DNA from: an uncultured bacterium | GTDB lineage: Bacteria; Hydrogenedentota; CAZGCA01; CBFDCQ01 | NCBI GenBank assembly: GCA_965603355.1 | Contig: CBFDCQ010000001.1 | Location: 42,350-106,349 of the forward strand | Direction of reading: 5' to 3' | DNA length: 64,000 nucleotides | Shown: in pieces, positions 36,235-45,662 of the stretch | Layout: each line of letters begins with the position of its first letter | Numbering within the stretch: the stretch's first letter is position 1 | The notes under the pieces: model-generated | What the model saw: the letters and a program-made list of their open reading frames with translations, nothing else | What the model was told of the DNA's origin: nothing | Database searches by the model: none | Position numbers and translations under genes: made by a program

Positions 36235-38064
36235 ATGAACTTGCTCCTTTATCCGATACTGGTTCCGCTTGCGGGCGGACTGTTGGCGCTACTGATGCCG
36301 CGTGCGCTCAAGGGGTTGAGAGAGCTGGTCTGCATTGTGGCGACCGGCGCGACAGTCTACCACGCCGCGCAGATAGTGAGGATAAGCAGCCTCGGCGAGC
36401 GCCTTGACTTCTCACGTCCCTGGTTGAGCATAGAGAACTTCGTGTTCTCGATTAGCCTGCGCGCGGACGCGCTTAGCCGGTTCATCGTCCTGGCTGCCTC
36501 CATATTCGGGCTGCTAATTGTCCTGTACTCCATAGGATATATGAGGAACAAGGACAGGCTCCCCGAGTATTACGCTTACATTGTCTGGACAGTCGCCGCG
36601 GCTAACGCCGCATTGCTGGCGGATAACCTCATACTGCTGCTCGTTTCGTGGGAAGTGGTCACCGTGCTGCTGTTCTTCCTAATCACGATAGCCGGCGAAG
36701 GGTCGCCGCCGGCCGCCGGGAAGACTTTTGTAATGATCGGTGCGGCGGACTGCGCCATGCTGCTCGGAATAGTCCTCATTTGGCGGGTGATGGGCACTCT
36801 CGAGATCAGTGCATTGAGACACGTACCGATGCAGACCGGTATGATGCATCTGATTTACGCGCTTCTGCTTGCCGGGGCAATTACAAAAGCGGGCGCTATG
36901 CCGGGCCATTCCTGGATACCGAAAGCGGCGGAGATTGCGCCGACATCTGTCATGGCGTTTCTGCCGGCGGCGCTCGACAAGCTGCTCGGCATCTATCTGC
37001 TCGCCCGCATGTCGCTATACATGTTCGCGCCCAGCGAGGCAATGAAGCTGGCGCTGCTTATCATAGGCGCTGTCACTATCATATTGGCAGTGATGGCGGC
37101 CCTCGTGCAACACGAGCTCAAGAAGCTTCTGTCCTGTCACGCAGTAAGCCAGGTCGGCTACATGGTAATGGGTATCGGAACCGGCGTCCCGCTCGGCATC
37201 ATTGGCGGCCTTTTCCACATGTTGAACAACGCAATCTACAAATGTTGCCTGTTCCTGACCGCCGGCGCCGTCGAACGTAAAGCGGGTACCACTGAGCTTG
37301 AGAAGCTCGGTGGACTTGCCTCGGCAATGCCCGTCACGTTCGGCGCATGCGTGATCGCGGCGTTAGCCATCTCCGGAGTGCCGCCGCTCAATGGGTTCGC
37401 GTCCAAATGGTTCGTCTACCAGGGGGTGCTCCAGGTTGGTCGTCCGGTGTTCGTCGTGGCGGCGATGTTCGGCAGCGCGCTGACGCTTGCGTCGTTTATA
37501 AAGGTCATCTATTCGGTGTTCCTCGGCAAGCGCCCGGAATCGCTCCGTTCCATCAAGCCGGTAGGTTTCTCGATGACTTTTCCGATGATCTTCCTCGCGC
37601 TATTGTGCATAGTATTCGGTGTATTCTACCATCTACCAGTCAAACAGTTCATAGCCCCCGCGCTCGGAAGTCAGGCGCTGGTATTACCGCAACTTGGATT
37701 GTGGGACTCGACTCTTGCTACCGGGCTGATCGTTATTGGGCTCGTGATCGGGATCATCATCTATCTGTTTGGGACGGCCTTCAAAGGGCGCACCACGTCT
37801 ATCTTCGTGGGCGGCGAGACACTGGACGAGGAAGAGAGCCGCGTACCTGGCACGGGCTTTTACGAGACGGTAACCTCCATGCGCGGTCTCGGCACGATCT
37901 ATCGGGACGCGGAACAGGGTGCGTACGACCTGTACGTGCTTGGGGCACGGTACGGACAGAAGATCGTTGACGTGTTCAGGGGAATGCATACGGGTATAGT
38001 GTCGACGTACGTCGCTTTTTGCGTGGCTGGACTTGGCATAATACTGTTCTTACTGTTGAGGTAA
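36235..38064 (+). CDS. Mrp/NuoL-family antiporter-like subunit (MrpA/MbhH-like), 609 aa
   Basis: About 16 TM helices and conserved NuoL/MrpA segments (WEVVTVLLFFLI, HAVSQVGYMVMGIG). Confidence 0.85.
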   Translation: MNLLLYPILVPLAGGLLALLMPRALKGLRELVCIVATGATVYHAAQIVRISSLGERLDFSRPWLSIENFVFSISLRADALSRFIVLAASIFGLLIVLYSIGYMRNKDRLPEYYAYIVWTVAAANAALLADNLILLLVSWEVVTVLLFFLITIAGEGSPPAAGKTFVMIGAADCAMLLGIVLIWRVMGTLEISALRHVPMQTGMMHLIYALLLAGAITKAGAMPGHSWIPKAAEIAPTSVMAFLPAALDKLLGIYLLARMSLYMFAPSEAMKLALLIIGAVTIILAVMAALVQHELKKLLSCHAVSQVGYMVMGIGTGVPLGIIGGLFHMLNNAIYKCCLFLTAGAVERKAGTTELEKLGGLASAMPVTFGACVIAALAISGVPPLNGFASKWFVYQGVLQVGRPVFVVAAMFGSALTLASFIKVIYSVFLGKRPESLRSIKPVGFSMTFPMIFLALLCIVFGVFYHLPVKQFIAPALGSQALVLPQLGLWDSTLATGLIVIGLVIGIIIYLFGTAFKGRTTSIFVGGETLDEEESRVPGTGFYETVTSMRGLGTIYRDAEQGAYDLYVLGARYGQKIVDVFRGMHTGIVSTYVAFCVAGLGIILFLLLR

Positions 38065-38072
38065 CGCAGACC

Positions 38073-38627
38073 ATGATATTCTTGCTATATTTGCTGCTCC
38101 TTTTCATGATCGCCGGCGCGATAATCGCCATTGAGACGAAAGACCTGCTCTCGAGCGTGATATGTGTAGGCGCGATCGGACTGGGACTGGCAATAATCTT
38201 TCTGTTGCTTGGCGCACCTGACCTCGCCATCGTACAAGTAGTCGTGGAGGTTCTCAGCCTCGTGTTGCTGCTGCGCGTGGTGGTTAAGCGTGAGGACGTT
38301 ACCATCGCTCACCGGTACAGGTATGGCGAGGTGTTCGCGACCGCGACCGCGCTCGTGTTTTTCGGCGTATTCATTGTGCTGGCCTCCATGGCCTACAAGG
38401 AAATGCCGGCGTTTGGTCAACCGATCCTCAATGTATCGCAGCGTTACATCGCGGAGGGTATGGACAAGGTGGGAGCGCCAAACCTCGTCACAGGGATCTT
38501 GCTGGATTACCGCGCCTACGATACCCTCGGTGAGGCAACAGTTATTTTCACAGCAATCATTGGCAGTTTGGTCATCCTGAGAAAGAGAGGCAGGATACGT
38601 CATGAAGGGGATGAGCCTCATAGTTAG
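38073..38627 (+). CDS. small Mrp-module membrane subunit (MbhD/MrpB-N-like)
   Basis: ATG with RBS GAGG directly after the MrpA-like stop. Hydrophobic 184 aa protein, and the only subunit type of the Mbh/Mrp set otherwise unassigned here. Confidence 0.55.
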   Translation: MIFLLYLLLLFMIAGAIIAIETKDLLSSVICVGAIGLGLAIIFLLLGAPDLAIVQVVVEVLSLVLLLRVVVKREDVTIAHRYRYGEVFATATALVFFGVFIVLASMAYKEMPAFGQPILNVSQRYIAEGMDKVGAPNLVTGILLDYRAYDTLGEATVIFTAIIGSLVILRKRGRIRHEGDEPHS

Positions 38628-39033
38628 GACTATAACCCGGCTGCTTGTCGGGTTCATTCTCGTGTACGGCGCCCACATCGTGCTGTACGGGCATCTGACG
38701 CCGGGCGGCGGTTTTGCCGGCGGCGTTATGCTGGCGTGTGCACTGATACTTCTCGTCCTGGCTTTCGGCAAGGAAGCGGCGCTGGATATCGTGAGCGAGA
38801 ATGCCGCATCGGCGTGGGACTGCATAGGAGCTCTTCTGTTCCTGCTTATAGCCCTGCTTGGGCTGACGGGAGGCTATTTCTTCAGGAACGTCCTCGACAA
38901 GGGCAAACCGTTCGACCTGCTCAGTGCAGGGACTCTTATGTGGAGCAATATCGCGATCGGGATCAAGGTAGGCGCGTGCTTGTTCCTGGTATTTCTGGTG
39001 CTGGCGGCCTTCAGGATACGCGACGAAGGGTAG
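38602..39033 (+). CDS. MnhB/MrpB-domain subunit (MbhE-like)
   Basis: MrpB hallmark HLTPGGGFAGGVMLA and four TM helices. Confidence 0.7.
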   Translation: MKGMSLIVRTITRLLVGFILVYGAHIVLYGHLTPGGGFAGGVMLACALILLVLAFGKEAALDIVSENAASAWDCIGALLFLLIALLGLTGGYFFRNVLDKGKPFDLLSAGTLMWSNIAIGIKVGACLFLVFLVLAAFRIRDEG

Positions 39034-39040
39034 GGAAGCG

Positions 39041-39385
39041 ATGGGACCGTATATTCTGTGTTCGATAATTCTCTTGCTCGGTGTGTACGCTGTCGTGGCG
39101 AAGAAGAACCTGATAAAGATCATCATTGGACTCCTTATCATCGAGTACGCCGTGAATCTTATGCTTGTGCTCATCGGATACAGGGCCGGCGGAGAAGCTC
39201 CGATACGTACGGAGGCAGCTCAGGATGCGGCCCGTATCTTGGTCGATCCGCTACCGCAGGCGCTGATCGTAACCTCGATAGTCATCGGTCTCGGATTGAC
39301 CGCGATGGTGGTGGCATTGTGCATTCGACTATACGAGAAGTACGGCACGTTTGACGTGCTTCTCATCAGAAGGTTGAGAGGATGA
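39041..39385 (+). CDS. MnhC/MrpC (NuoK-like) subunit
   Basis: 114 aa with three TM helices and a NuoK-like pattern (IIIGLLIIEYAVNLMLVLIGY). Confidence 0.8.
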   Translation: MGPYILCSIILLLGVYAVVAKKNLIKIIIGLLIIEYAVNLMLVLIGYRAGGEAPIRTEAAQDAARILVDPLPQALIVTSIVIGLGLTAMVVALCIRLYEKYGTFDVLLIRRLRG

Positions 39386-40881
39386 ATGATAATCACGTTC
39401 TGCCGTTGTTTGTAGCCCTGCCGTTAGGGGCAGCGTTTCTCATCGTGCTCGTTGGCAGGTTGCGTGAGTCGCTCTCGGATCTCCTGGGCACGCTGATTGC
39501 GGCGATTCTGGTGGTCTGCTCCCTGCAACTGGTCGGCGCACCGGAGCAGGTGTACCACATGGGAGGGTGGGAGCCGCCGCTGGGCATCAACCTGGTCTCA
39601 GACGCGCTGAGCACGCTCCTGCTGGTTATCGTCAGCAGCGTCAGCTTGCTCGTGTGCATCTATTCGATCACCTATATGAAGGGTTACACCAGCAAACCGA
39701 AGTACTACGGCCTTTTGATGCTGATGATAGCGGGTATGAACGGCGTAGTGCTGACCGGCGACCTGTTCAACATGTATGTGTTCCTTGAAATCGCTGCAAT
39801 CGCATCGTACGCGCTTGTGGCGTTCGGCACTGAGCATGAAGAACTAGAAGCTTCGTTCAAGTATCTCGTGCTCGGAAGTGTAGCCTCGAGTTTCATCCTT
39901 TTCGGAATAGCTTTAATGTATAGCGCAACAGGTACGTTGAATCTCGCTGACATCGCGAACACAATCGACAAGAACGGGCTCAACGCCGTCATGACTATGG
40001 CCTCGGCAATGTTCATAGCCGGTTTCGGGCTTAAGGCGGCCATGGTGCCGTTCCACGCCTGGTTGCCGGACGCACATCCATCTGCGCCCGCGCCCATATC
40101 GGCCATGCTTTCCGGGCTGCTGATCAAGGCGCTTGGCGTGTACGCTCTGGTAAGGCTGTTCTACAGCGTAATCGGCGTTGGCGGAATGTATACGAACATA
40201 CTGATCGGCCTTGGAATCCTGTCAATGGTGGTAGGGGTAATTCTTGCGGTAGGCCAGTGGGATTTCAAGCGGCTGCTCGCCTATCACAGCATAAGCCAGA
40301 TGGGATACGTCATGCTCGGCGTGGGCCTCGGCACTCCGCTCGCGTTGGCGGGAGCGTTGTTTCACCTGCTCAACCACAGCATGTTCAAATCCTTGCTGTT
40401 CCTGTGCTCCGGTGCGGTTGAGCACAGCACGGGTACGCGCCGACTGAAGGAACTTGGCGGGCTATGGTACAGAATGCCTGTGACCGGTACAACCTGTTCT
40501 GTTGCATCCCTATCGATTTCTGGAGTCCCGCCGTTCAACGGCTTCTGGAGCAAACTCCTGATCATCGCCGGGGCCGTACAAGCGGCGGACCGGTTTGGTC
40601 CTGTGGCATACGTACTCGCGGCCATCACTGTGCTCGTGAGTTTCCTTACGCTTGTATCCTTTGTCAAAGTGCAGCGTTACGTTCTCTTCGGAGCGTTGTC
40701 GGAGAAGCTGAAGAAGATACGGGAAGTTCCGGCGGCGATGTGTATCGCGCTTGTCGCGTTCGCGATACTGTGTCTCGCGCTGGGTGTTTTCTGTCCGTTC
40801 GTTCTGGAAAAGCTGATCTATCCCGCGCGGGACGTCGTGCTGGATAAAGCCGGTTATATAGGTCTGGTACTGGGGAAATAG
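39382..40881 (+). CDS. MnhD/MrpD (NuoM/N-like) antiporter subunit
   Basis: 499 aa polytopic protein with conserved MrpD/NuoN segments (FHAWLPDAHPSAPAPISAMLSG, LAYHSISQMGYVMLGVG). Confidence 0.85.
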   Translation: MNDNHVLPLFVALPLGAAFLIVLVGRLRESLSDLLGTLIAAILVVCSLQLVGAPEQVYHMGGWEPPLGINLVSDALSTLLLVIVSSVSLLVCIYSITYMKGYTSKPKYYGLLMLMIAGMNGVVLTGDLFNMYVFLEIAAIASYALVAFGTEHEELEASFKYLVLGSVASSFILFGIALMYSATGTLNLADIANTIDKNGLNAVMTMASAMFIAGFGLKAAMVPFHAWLPDAHPSAPAPISAMLSGLLIKALGVYALVRLFYSVIGVGGMYTNILIGLGILSMVVGVILAVGQWDFKRLLAYHSISQMGYVMLGVGLGTPLALAGALFHLLNHSMFKSLLFLCSGAVEHSTGTRRLKELGGLWYRMPVTGTTCSVASLSISGVPPFNGFWSKLLIIAGAVQAADRFGPVAYVLAAITVLVSFLTLVSFVKVQRYVLFGALSEKLKKIREVPAAMCIALVAFAILCLALGVFCPFVLEKLIYPARDVVLDKAGYIGLVLGK

Positions 40882-40897
40882 AACGAGGTTAGACCTG

Positions 40898-41383
40898 ATG
40901 AGACGGATCGTACATTTCATTGTAGCTCTGATTGTCTGGCTACTGCTCACGTGGAGCGTGACCGTCCAGAACGTGATTGCCGGCGTCATCGTCGCGGCCC
41001 TGAGCGCAGCGCTGTTCGGTCACTTTTTCCCGAGTGACTCGAGGCTCATGCTGAATTTCAGCCGAGTCTTGTGGTTCCTTTACTACATCCCCGTGTTTCT
41101 GATTCACTGCTTCAAAGCCAACCTGGATGTCGCGTACCGAGTGCTGCACGTGAACGTGCCTATACGCCCCGGCATTGTGAGGGTTAAAACGACGCTCAAG
41201 AGCGATATGGCGTTGACATTCCTGGCAAACTCCATAACGCTGACGCCCGGCACGCTGACGGTGGACATCATCGGTAATGACATGTACATCCACTGGATAA
41301 ACGTGGCCAGCGACGATCCGGAAGAACAGACGCTTATTATCGTGAAGAGGTTTGAGGATATTCTCAAGAGGGTGTTCGAGTAA
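40898..41383 (+). CDS. MnhE/MrpE (MbhA-like)
   Basis: 161 aa with two N-terminal TM helices and an MrpE-like C-terminal domain. Confidence 0.7.
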   Translation: MRRIVHFIVALIVWLLLTWSVTVQNVIAGVIVAALSAALFGHFFPSDSRLMLNFSRVLWFLYYIPVFLIHCFKANLDVAYRVLHVNVPIRPGIVRVKTTLKSDMALTFLANSITLTPGTLTVDIIGNDMYIHWINVASDDPEEQTLIIVKRFEDILKRVFE

Positions 41384-41652
41384 TGATGATTACCGCACCG
41401 CTGCTATTCATGGCCCTGCTCGTGTTCTCGTCCTTCCTGTGCCTTTACAGAATAGGTGCCGGACCCACTGCGCCCGACCGCACGGTAGCGATCGACATTC
41501 TCGGCACGCTCGTGGTGGGCTTCTGCGCGATCATGACGTGGCAAACAGGCAAGGCGTTCTACATGAACATAGCAATAACATGGGCGCTGCTCAGTTTCAT
41601 AGGCACAATAGCGCTGGCCAAATACCTGGAGGGGCGTGGATTCGATGAGTGA
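41383..41652 (+). CDS. MnhF/MrpF (MbhB-like)
   Basis: 89 aa with three TM helices (ALLVFSSFLCLYRI...). Overlaps its neighbours. Confidence 0.7.
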   Translation: MMITAPLLFMALLVFSSFLCLYRIGAGPTAPDRTVAIDILGTLVVGFCAIMTWQTGKAFYMNIAITWALLSFIGTIALAKYLEGRGFDE

Positions 41653-41998
41653 AACCGTGGGGTTGGTCATAATCGTCGTGGGCGTCCTGTTTGATCTGCT
41701 CGGTTGCATAGGACTGGTTCGTCTTCCAGACATATACAACAGGCTTCAGGCGGCCACAAAGTGCGTGACGCTCGGTACGTGCATGATACTTGTCGGTGTA
41801 GCGATCAAGATCGGGGTCGGGGAGGGCGGCGCTAAAGCGATCATCTGTGCCATCTTTGTTCTGCTCACGTCCCCAGTTGGAGCACACGCACTGGCGCGCG
41901 CGGCCCACAAGTCCGGGATAAGACTCTGGGAGGGCAGTGTGGTTGACAAGTACCTTGAAGTGGATTCCGGCAAGGAGGTCCCTGGAGCTAAGGTGTAA
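41636..41998 (+). CDS. MnhG/MrpG (MbhC-like)
   Basis: 120 aa with an MrpG N-terminus (GLVIIVVGVLFDLLGCIGLVRLPDIYNRLQA). Confidence 0.75.
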   Translation: MDSMSETVGLVIIVVGVLFDLLGCIGLVRLPDIYNRLQAATKCVTLGTCMILVGVAIKIGVGEGGAKAIICAIFVLLTSPVGAHALARAAHKSGIRLWEGSVVDKYLEVDSGKEVPGAKV

Positions 41999-42001
41999 CA
42001 T

Positions 42002-42613
42002 ATGAAGAAACCGAAGTTAAGAGAGCTTGGCGAAGCGTTAAAGGTCTTATTCATTGAAGGACCGTATACTTCCAAGTTTCCGAAAGAACCATACATACCA
42101 CCGGAGACATTCAAAGGCAAACCGCAGTATGACGAGGAGAAGTGTATCGGTTGCGGAGCCTGCGCCCAGGTGTGTCCGGCGCGCGCGATAGAGATCATTG
42201 ACGACACGGAAACCGGCAAACGAAAGCTGGCGCTGCGTTATGACATCTGCATCTTCTGCGGTCAGTGTCAAGCGTATTGCACGACCAAGGACGGGATAAC
42301 GCTCAGCAACGAGTACGATCTGGCAACCCTGGACCGGAGCGGTACCGTGGAGACCGTCGAGAAAGACCTTGTCATGTGCGAGGTGTGCGGTTCAGTTGTC
42401 GGCGCGCTCGACCATCTATGTTGGATTAGCAATAGGCTGGGCACATTGGCCTACGCGAATCCCTCGTTGATTCTCGCCTCGTTGAGCAAGTTGTCCCTGG
42501 CAGAAACAGGTACCCCACGCAGTAAGGAGGTAATACCGGCCAGGTCTGACTTGCTCAGGGTTCTGTGCCCAACGTGTAGGCGCGATATTTACCTCAAGGA
42601 GGAATGGAAATAG
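42002..42613 (+). CDS. NuoI-like 2x[4Fe-4S] ferredoxin subunit (MbhN/HycF-type)
   Basis: CIGCGACAQVCP and CIFCGQCQAYC, plus a C-terminal Cys-rich extension (CEVCGS...CPTC). Confidence 0.8.
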   Translation: MKKPKLRELGEALKVLFIEGPYTSKFPKEPYIPPETFKGKPQYDEEKCIGCGACAQVCPARAIEIIDDTETGKRKLALRYDICIFCGQCQAYCTTKDGITLSNEYDLATLDRSGTVETVEKDLVMCEVCGSVVGALDHLCWISNRLGTLAYANPSLILASLSKLSLAETGTPRSKEVIPARSDLLRVLCPTCRRDIYLKEEWK

Positions 42614-42706
42614 CGGCGTCTCGTTCTCGATCGAATGGAGTTGTGCGGGAAAACCATCGGCGGTTCTTTCCGCAGGGAGTTTTGCAGCCAAGAGGGGGTG
42701 TTTGAA

Positions 42707-43105
42707 GTGAGCGCGAACCCGAAAAGAATCCTAATCGTTGATGACGATCAGGATATAGTAGATTCCGTAACCATCATGCTCCAGTCTGAGGGATATGATG
42801 TGGTCGCCGCAAGGGGCGGCGAGGACTGCATGAAGATTGTCGGGGAGAAACGTCCCGACCTTATCCTGCTCGATATAATGATGGAAAAACTCACGACGGG
42901 ACTCCACGTCGGATACGAGTTGCGGAAGCATCCCGAGTATAAGTCGATCCCGATCATCATCATGTCTGGCATCGGAGAAGCGACGGGTCTCGATCTCGCC
43001 GCTGAAAAGGAAACCGACTATATCGCCGCGGATGAATTTCTCGAAAAACCGGTCAACCCGGAAGTCCTGCTGAAACGAGTCGCCGAGTTGACACAGGCAA
43101 GCTGA
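42707..43105 (+). CDS. stand-alone response-regulator receiver (CheY-like)
   Basis: GTG start with RBS AGAGGGGG. Receiver segment ILIVDDDQDIVD...LILLDIMMEKLTTG, plus a conserved Ser and Lys. Confidence 0.7.
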   Translation: MSANPKRILIVDDDQDIVDSVTIMLQSEGYDVVAARGGEDCMKIVGEKRPDLILLDIMMEKLTTGLHVGYELRKHPEYKSIPIIIMSGIGEATGLDLAAEKETDYIAADEFLEKPVNPEVLLKRVAELTQAS

Positions 43106-43145
43106 GTATCCTGAACAGCTTGCGACGTCGCGTCAGACCAGCCAC

Positions 43146-45236
43146 TCAACGGTACAACTGAAGATAGTTGCCGTACGTACCGAGCACTTTCTTAATGTAG
43201 TTTCGGGTTTCATCGAGTGGGATGCTCTCAATGAACGCGTCAACGTCTCCGGAAACGTTTTCCGCATTGAGCCACCGCCTGACGTTGCCCGGCCCTCCAT
43301 TGTATGCCGCGAGCACGTAGATGAGATTGCCGTCAAACTCGTTCCATAGATAGCCTAGATACCAAGTACCAAGTCTCAGGTTGACATCCCGGTCGAACAG
43401 CGAGCCGTCGTCGTAGTCCCCCAGGGCAAGCCGAGATGCTATCCACCGGCCGGTTGAAGGCATGACCTGCATCAACCCCACCGCACCCGCGCTCGACACG
43501 AGCCCGCCGCTGAAGTGGCTCTCTTCCCTCATGACAGCATGTACGAGAAGCGGATCCAGGCCGGCGGTTGAGGCTAGCTTATCCACGCGTTGAGCGTGGG
43601 CGAGCGGATAAAGGTGCGGCAGCAGGTTCGCGACCCGCGATTGCCCGCCGGCGCTTGGTGTCAGGCCGACCGCCGCGTTCACGCATCTGTCGAAAGCTCC
43701 GACATGAAGAAACAACTGCGCCAACCCGTGCACGTCAGAGGCAGGGTTCATCACCCCCAGCTTATCCAGATCCCAATCCGCTTCCGGCAGTTGATGTTCA
43801 AGGAGAAACGCCGCCCGTCTGGCGAGTTTAACCGCCGGTTCGCCTAACCCGGTCGGGGGAGACGCGGCGAAAACCGCTTTCTGGCGGGCGGAAGCCGTCG
43901 ACAGTTTTGCCGGCAATATCATCAGCCACCTGTCGCCGAGCGGCACTCGGTGCGCGCGTTTGAAGCCAATCATGCTCATCTCGCGCAGCGCTGCCCACGC
44001 CCGGTAGCTATAGAAACCGGCCGGCCGGACCTGCGCCGAGCGGGATAGATAGTGTGCAGCGATGTGACTCTTGCCCAACGCCAGGTGCGCCTTGCCGGCC
44101 CAATAGGAGGCGTCATCCGTCAGCCTGTCTGAAGCTACGTTGGTTGCTTCCACAAGGAGTTCAGCGGCCCGAACGTAGTCGCCGGAAAGGTACGATCGTA
44201 CTCCTGCTCGAAACAACGCGTCGTCCGCCAGGAACGATGTCGGATGGTCCCGGGCGAACTTCGCGTACTGTGCTATCGCCCCTTCAAGTACCCCGTTTCT
44301 GTCGTAAGATCGCGCCAGTTCCCATTGCGCCTGGACGGCCTGTGGCGTGCCGGAATACTCGTTTCGAAGGCGCTGCCACATCCAGACAGCGTCCTCGAGA
44401 TACCTTTGCCGTGCACTTAACCTCGCTGATTCAAGAAGGGCCCGCGCAGCGAATGAGGAGTCCGCAAACTGTTCGGCGACAACTGCGTAGGTTTCGAGCG
44501 CGTCCGAGGGGCGTTTTGCGCCGGTATACGCCCTTGCCAACTCCAGCAACGCCTGAGCTCGGTGCACGCTGTCGGCTCCTGCATCGTCGCAAACCCGCTC
44601 GCAGACATCTATAGCCGTCTCCCATTCTCTTTGCGCCACGTAGACGCCGGCGGCTTCAAGTTTCTCAGAGACGCCTCCGGTTTCCGCAAGGTATTCGGCG
44701 CCGGACAACGCCTCGTCGGTTCGCGCGGCCGTCCTGCATATCCGCTTGAATGCCTTGAGCGCGTCTTCCTGCCTACCGATTTTCAGGTATGTTGAGGCCA
44801 GTAGTTCCAACACTTCCGGTTTGTTGATAGAAGACGGTTGGACTCCCAGCGCCCGTTCAAGTTGCACCACGGCCTCATTGAGCACACCCAGGTCGGCAAG
44901 CGTTCCGCCCAATTCAACGCGCGCATACGGTACAGCCGGACTCTGGGGAAAGTCGTCGAGCAGCTTCTCGAGCGCGACCCTCGCTTGCTCCGGCTTCCCG
45001 AGCTGCCTGTAACAGCGCGCCATCCCAAACAAAGCGTAATCGGCGAACTCAGCCCGCGAGGAGGTCAATCGCTCGAACATCTCGAGCGAATCCGCCCATT
45101 CAGCAGCCTGCTCGAGCTTGCGCGCCTCCAGATATGGTCTGCCTTCCCGCGCGTCAAAAGTAGCGCTTCGCAGAGACAGTGCCGAGAACAGGCTTACTGA
45201 ACAGACGAACGAAACGATTAAAGTCAGAACGCTCAC
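43146..45236 (-). CDS. slt: soluble lytic murein transglycosylase (Slt: superhelical TPR-like domain plus a C-terminal SLT domain)
   Basis: Signal peptide, long alpha-superhelical region, and C-terminal SLT motifs EESHFSGGLVSSAGAVGLMQVMPSTG and AAYNGGPGNVRRW. Confidence 0.85.
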   Translation of the reverse strand: MSVLTLIVSFVCSVSLFSALSLRSATFDAREGRPYLEARKLEQAAEWADSLEMFERLTSSRAEFADYALFGMARCYRQLGKPEQARVALEKLLDDFPQSPAVPYARVELGGTLADLGVLNEAVVQLERALGVQPSSINKPEVLELLASTYLKIGRQEDALKAFKRICRTAARTDEALSGAEYLAETGGVSEKLEAAGVYVAQREWETAIDVCERVCDDAGADSVHRAQALLELARAYTGAKRPSDALETYAVVAEQFADSSFAARALLESARLSARQRYLEDAVWMWQRLRNEYSGTPQAVQAQWELARSYDRNGVLEGAIAQYAKFARDHPTSFLADDALFRAGVRSYLSGDYVRAAELLVEATNVASDRLTDDASYWAGKAHLALGKSHIAAHYLSRSAQVRPAGFYSYRAWAALREMSMIGFKRAHRVPLGDRWLMILPAKLSTASARQKAVFAASPPTGLGEPAVKLARRAAFLLEHQLPEADWDLDKLGVMNPASDVHGLAQLFLHVGAFDRCVNAAVGLTPSAGGQSRVANLLPHLYPLAHAQRVDKLASTAGLDPLLVHAVMREESHFSGGLVSSAGAVGLMQVMPSTGRWIASRLALGDYDDGSLFDRDVNLRLGTWYLGYLWNEFDGNLIYVLAAYNGGPGNVRRWLNAENVSGDVDAFIESIPLDETRNYIKKVLGTYGNYLQLYR

Positions 45237-45242
45237 TTTGTA

Positions 45243-45662
45243 TCAGATACCCTTCACTTCTATACCGTGTCGTGCAAGAAGGGCGGTGGTCACCCCCGTG
45301 CCCTCCGCCAAGCCGGCCTCGCAATGAACCTGCGTCACGCCGCACGAGGGACTCCTATCCTTGAAGACCGCTCTATGCGCACCCAACGAGCGTGCCAGAC
45401 GCAAGACCTCTTCAGCGCCTCGCAGAAAATGCTGCGTAACATCTCTGCCATCTTCCGTGACGACAAATGCGTTGCCGTCGAGCACGTCCATTCCGTCACC
45501 GCCCACCAGGTGAGCTGTCTCACGCGGTGTGGGCAGACCGCCGAGCTGTTCCGGACAGACGGGCACACATGCGCTTTCCTTGCAGACAACGTTGTCCTCA
45601 GGCGCCGCGCTTCCGTCGTACCGGCAGCGAACCCCGAGAAGACAAGCGCTAACGAGTAACAT
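45243..45662 (-). CDS. DUF523 family protein (related to 2-thiouracil desulfurase TudS)
   Basis: DUF523 N-terminal signature MLLVSACLLGVRCRYDG with conserved Cys residues (CKESACVPVCPEQLGGLPTPR). The start was chosen at an internal Met. Confidence 0.6.
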   Translation of the reverse strand: MLLVSACLLGVRCRYDGSAAPEDNVVCKESACVPVCPEQLGGLPTPRETAHLVGGDGMDVLDGNAFVVTEDGRDVTQHFLRGAEEVLRLARSLGAHRAVFKDRSPSCGVTQVHCEAGLAEGTGVTTALLARHGIEVKGI

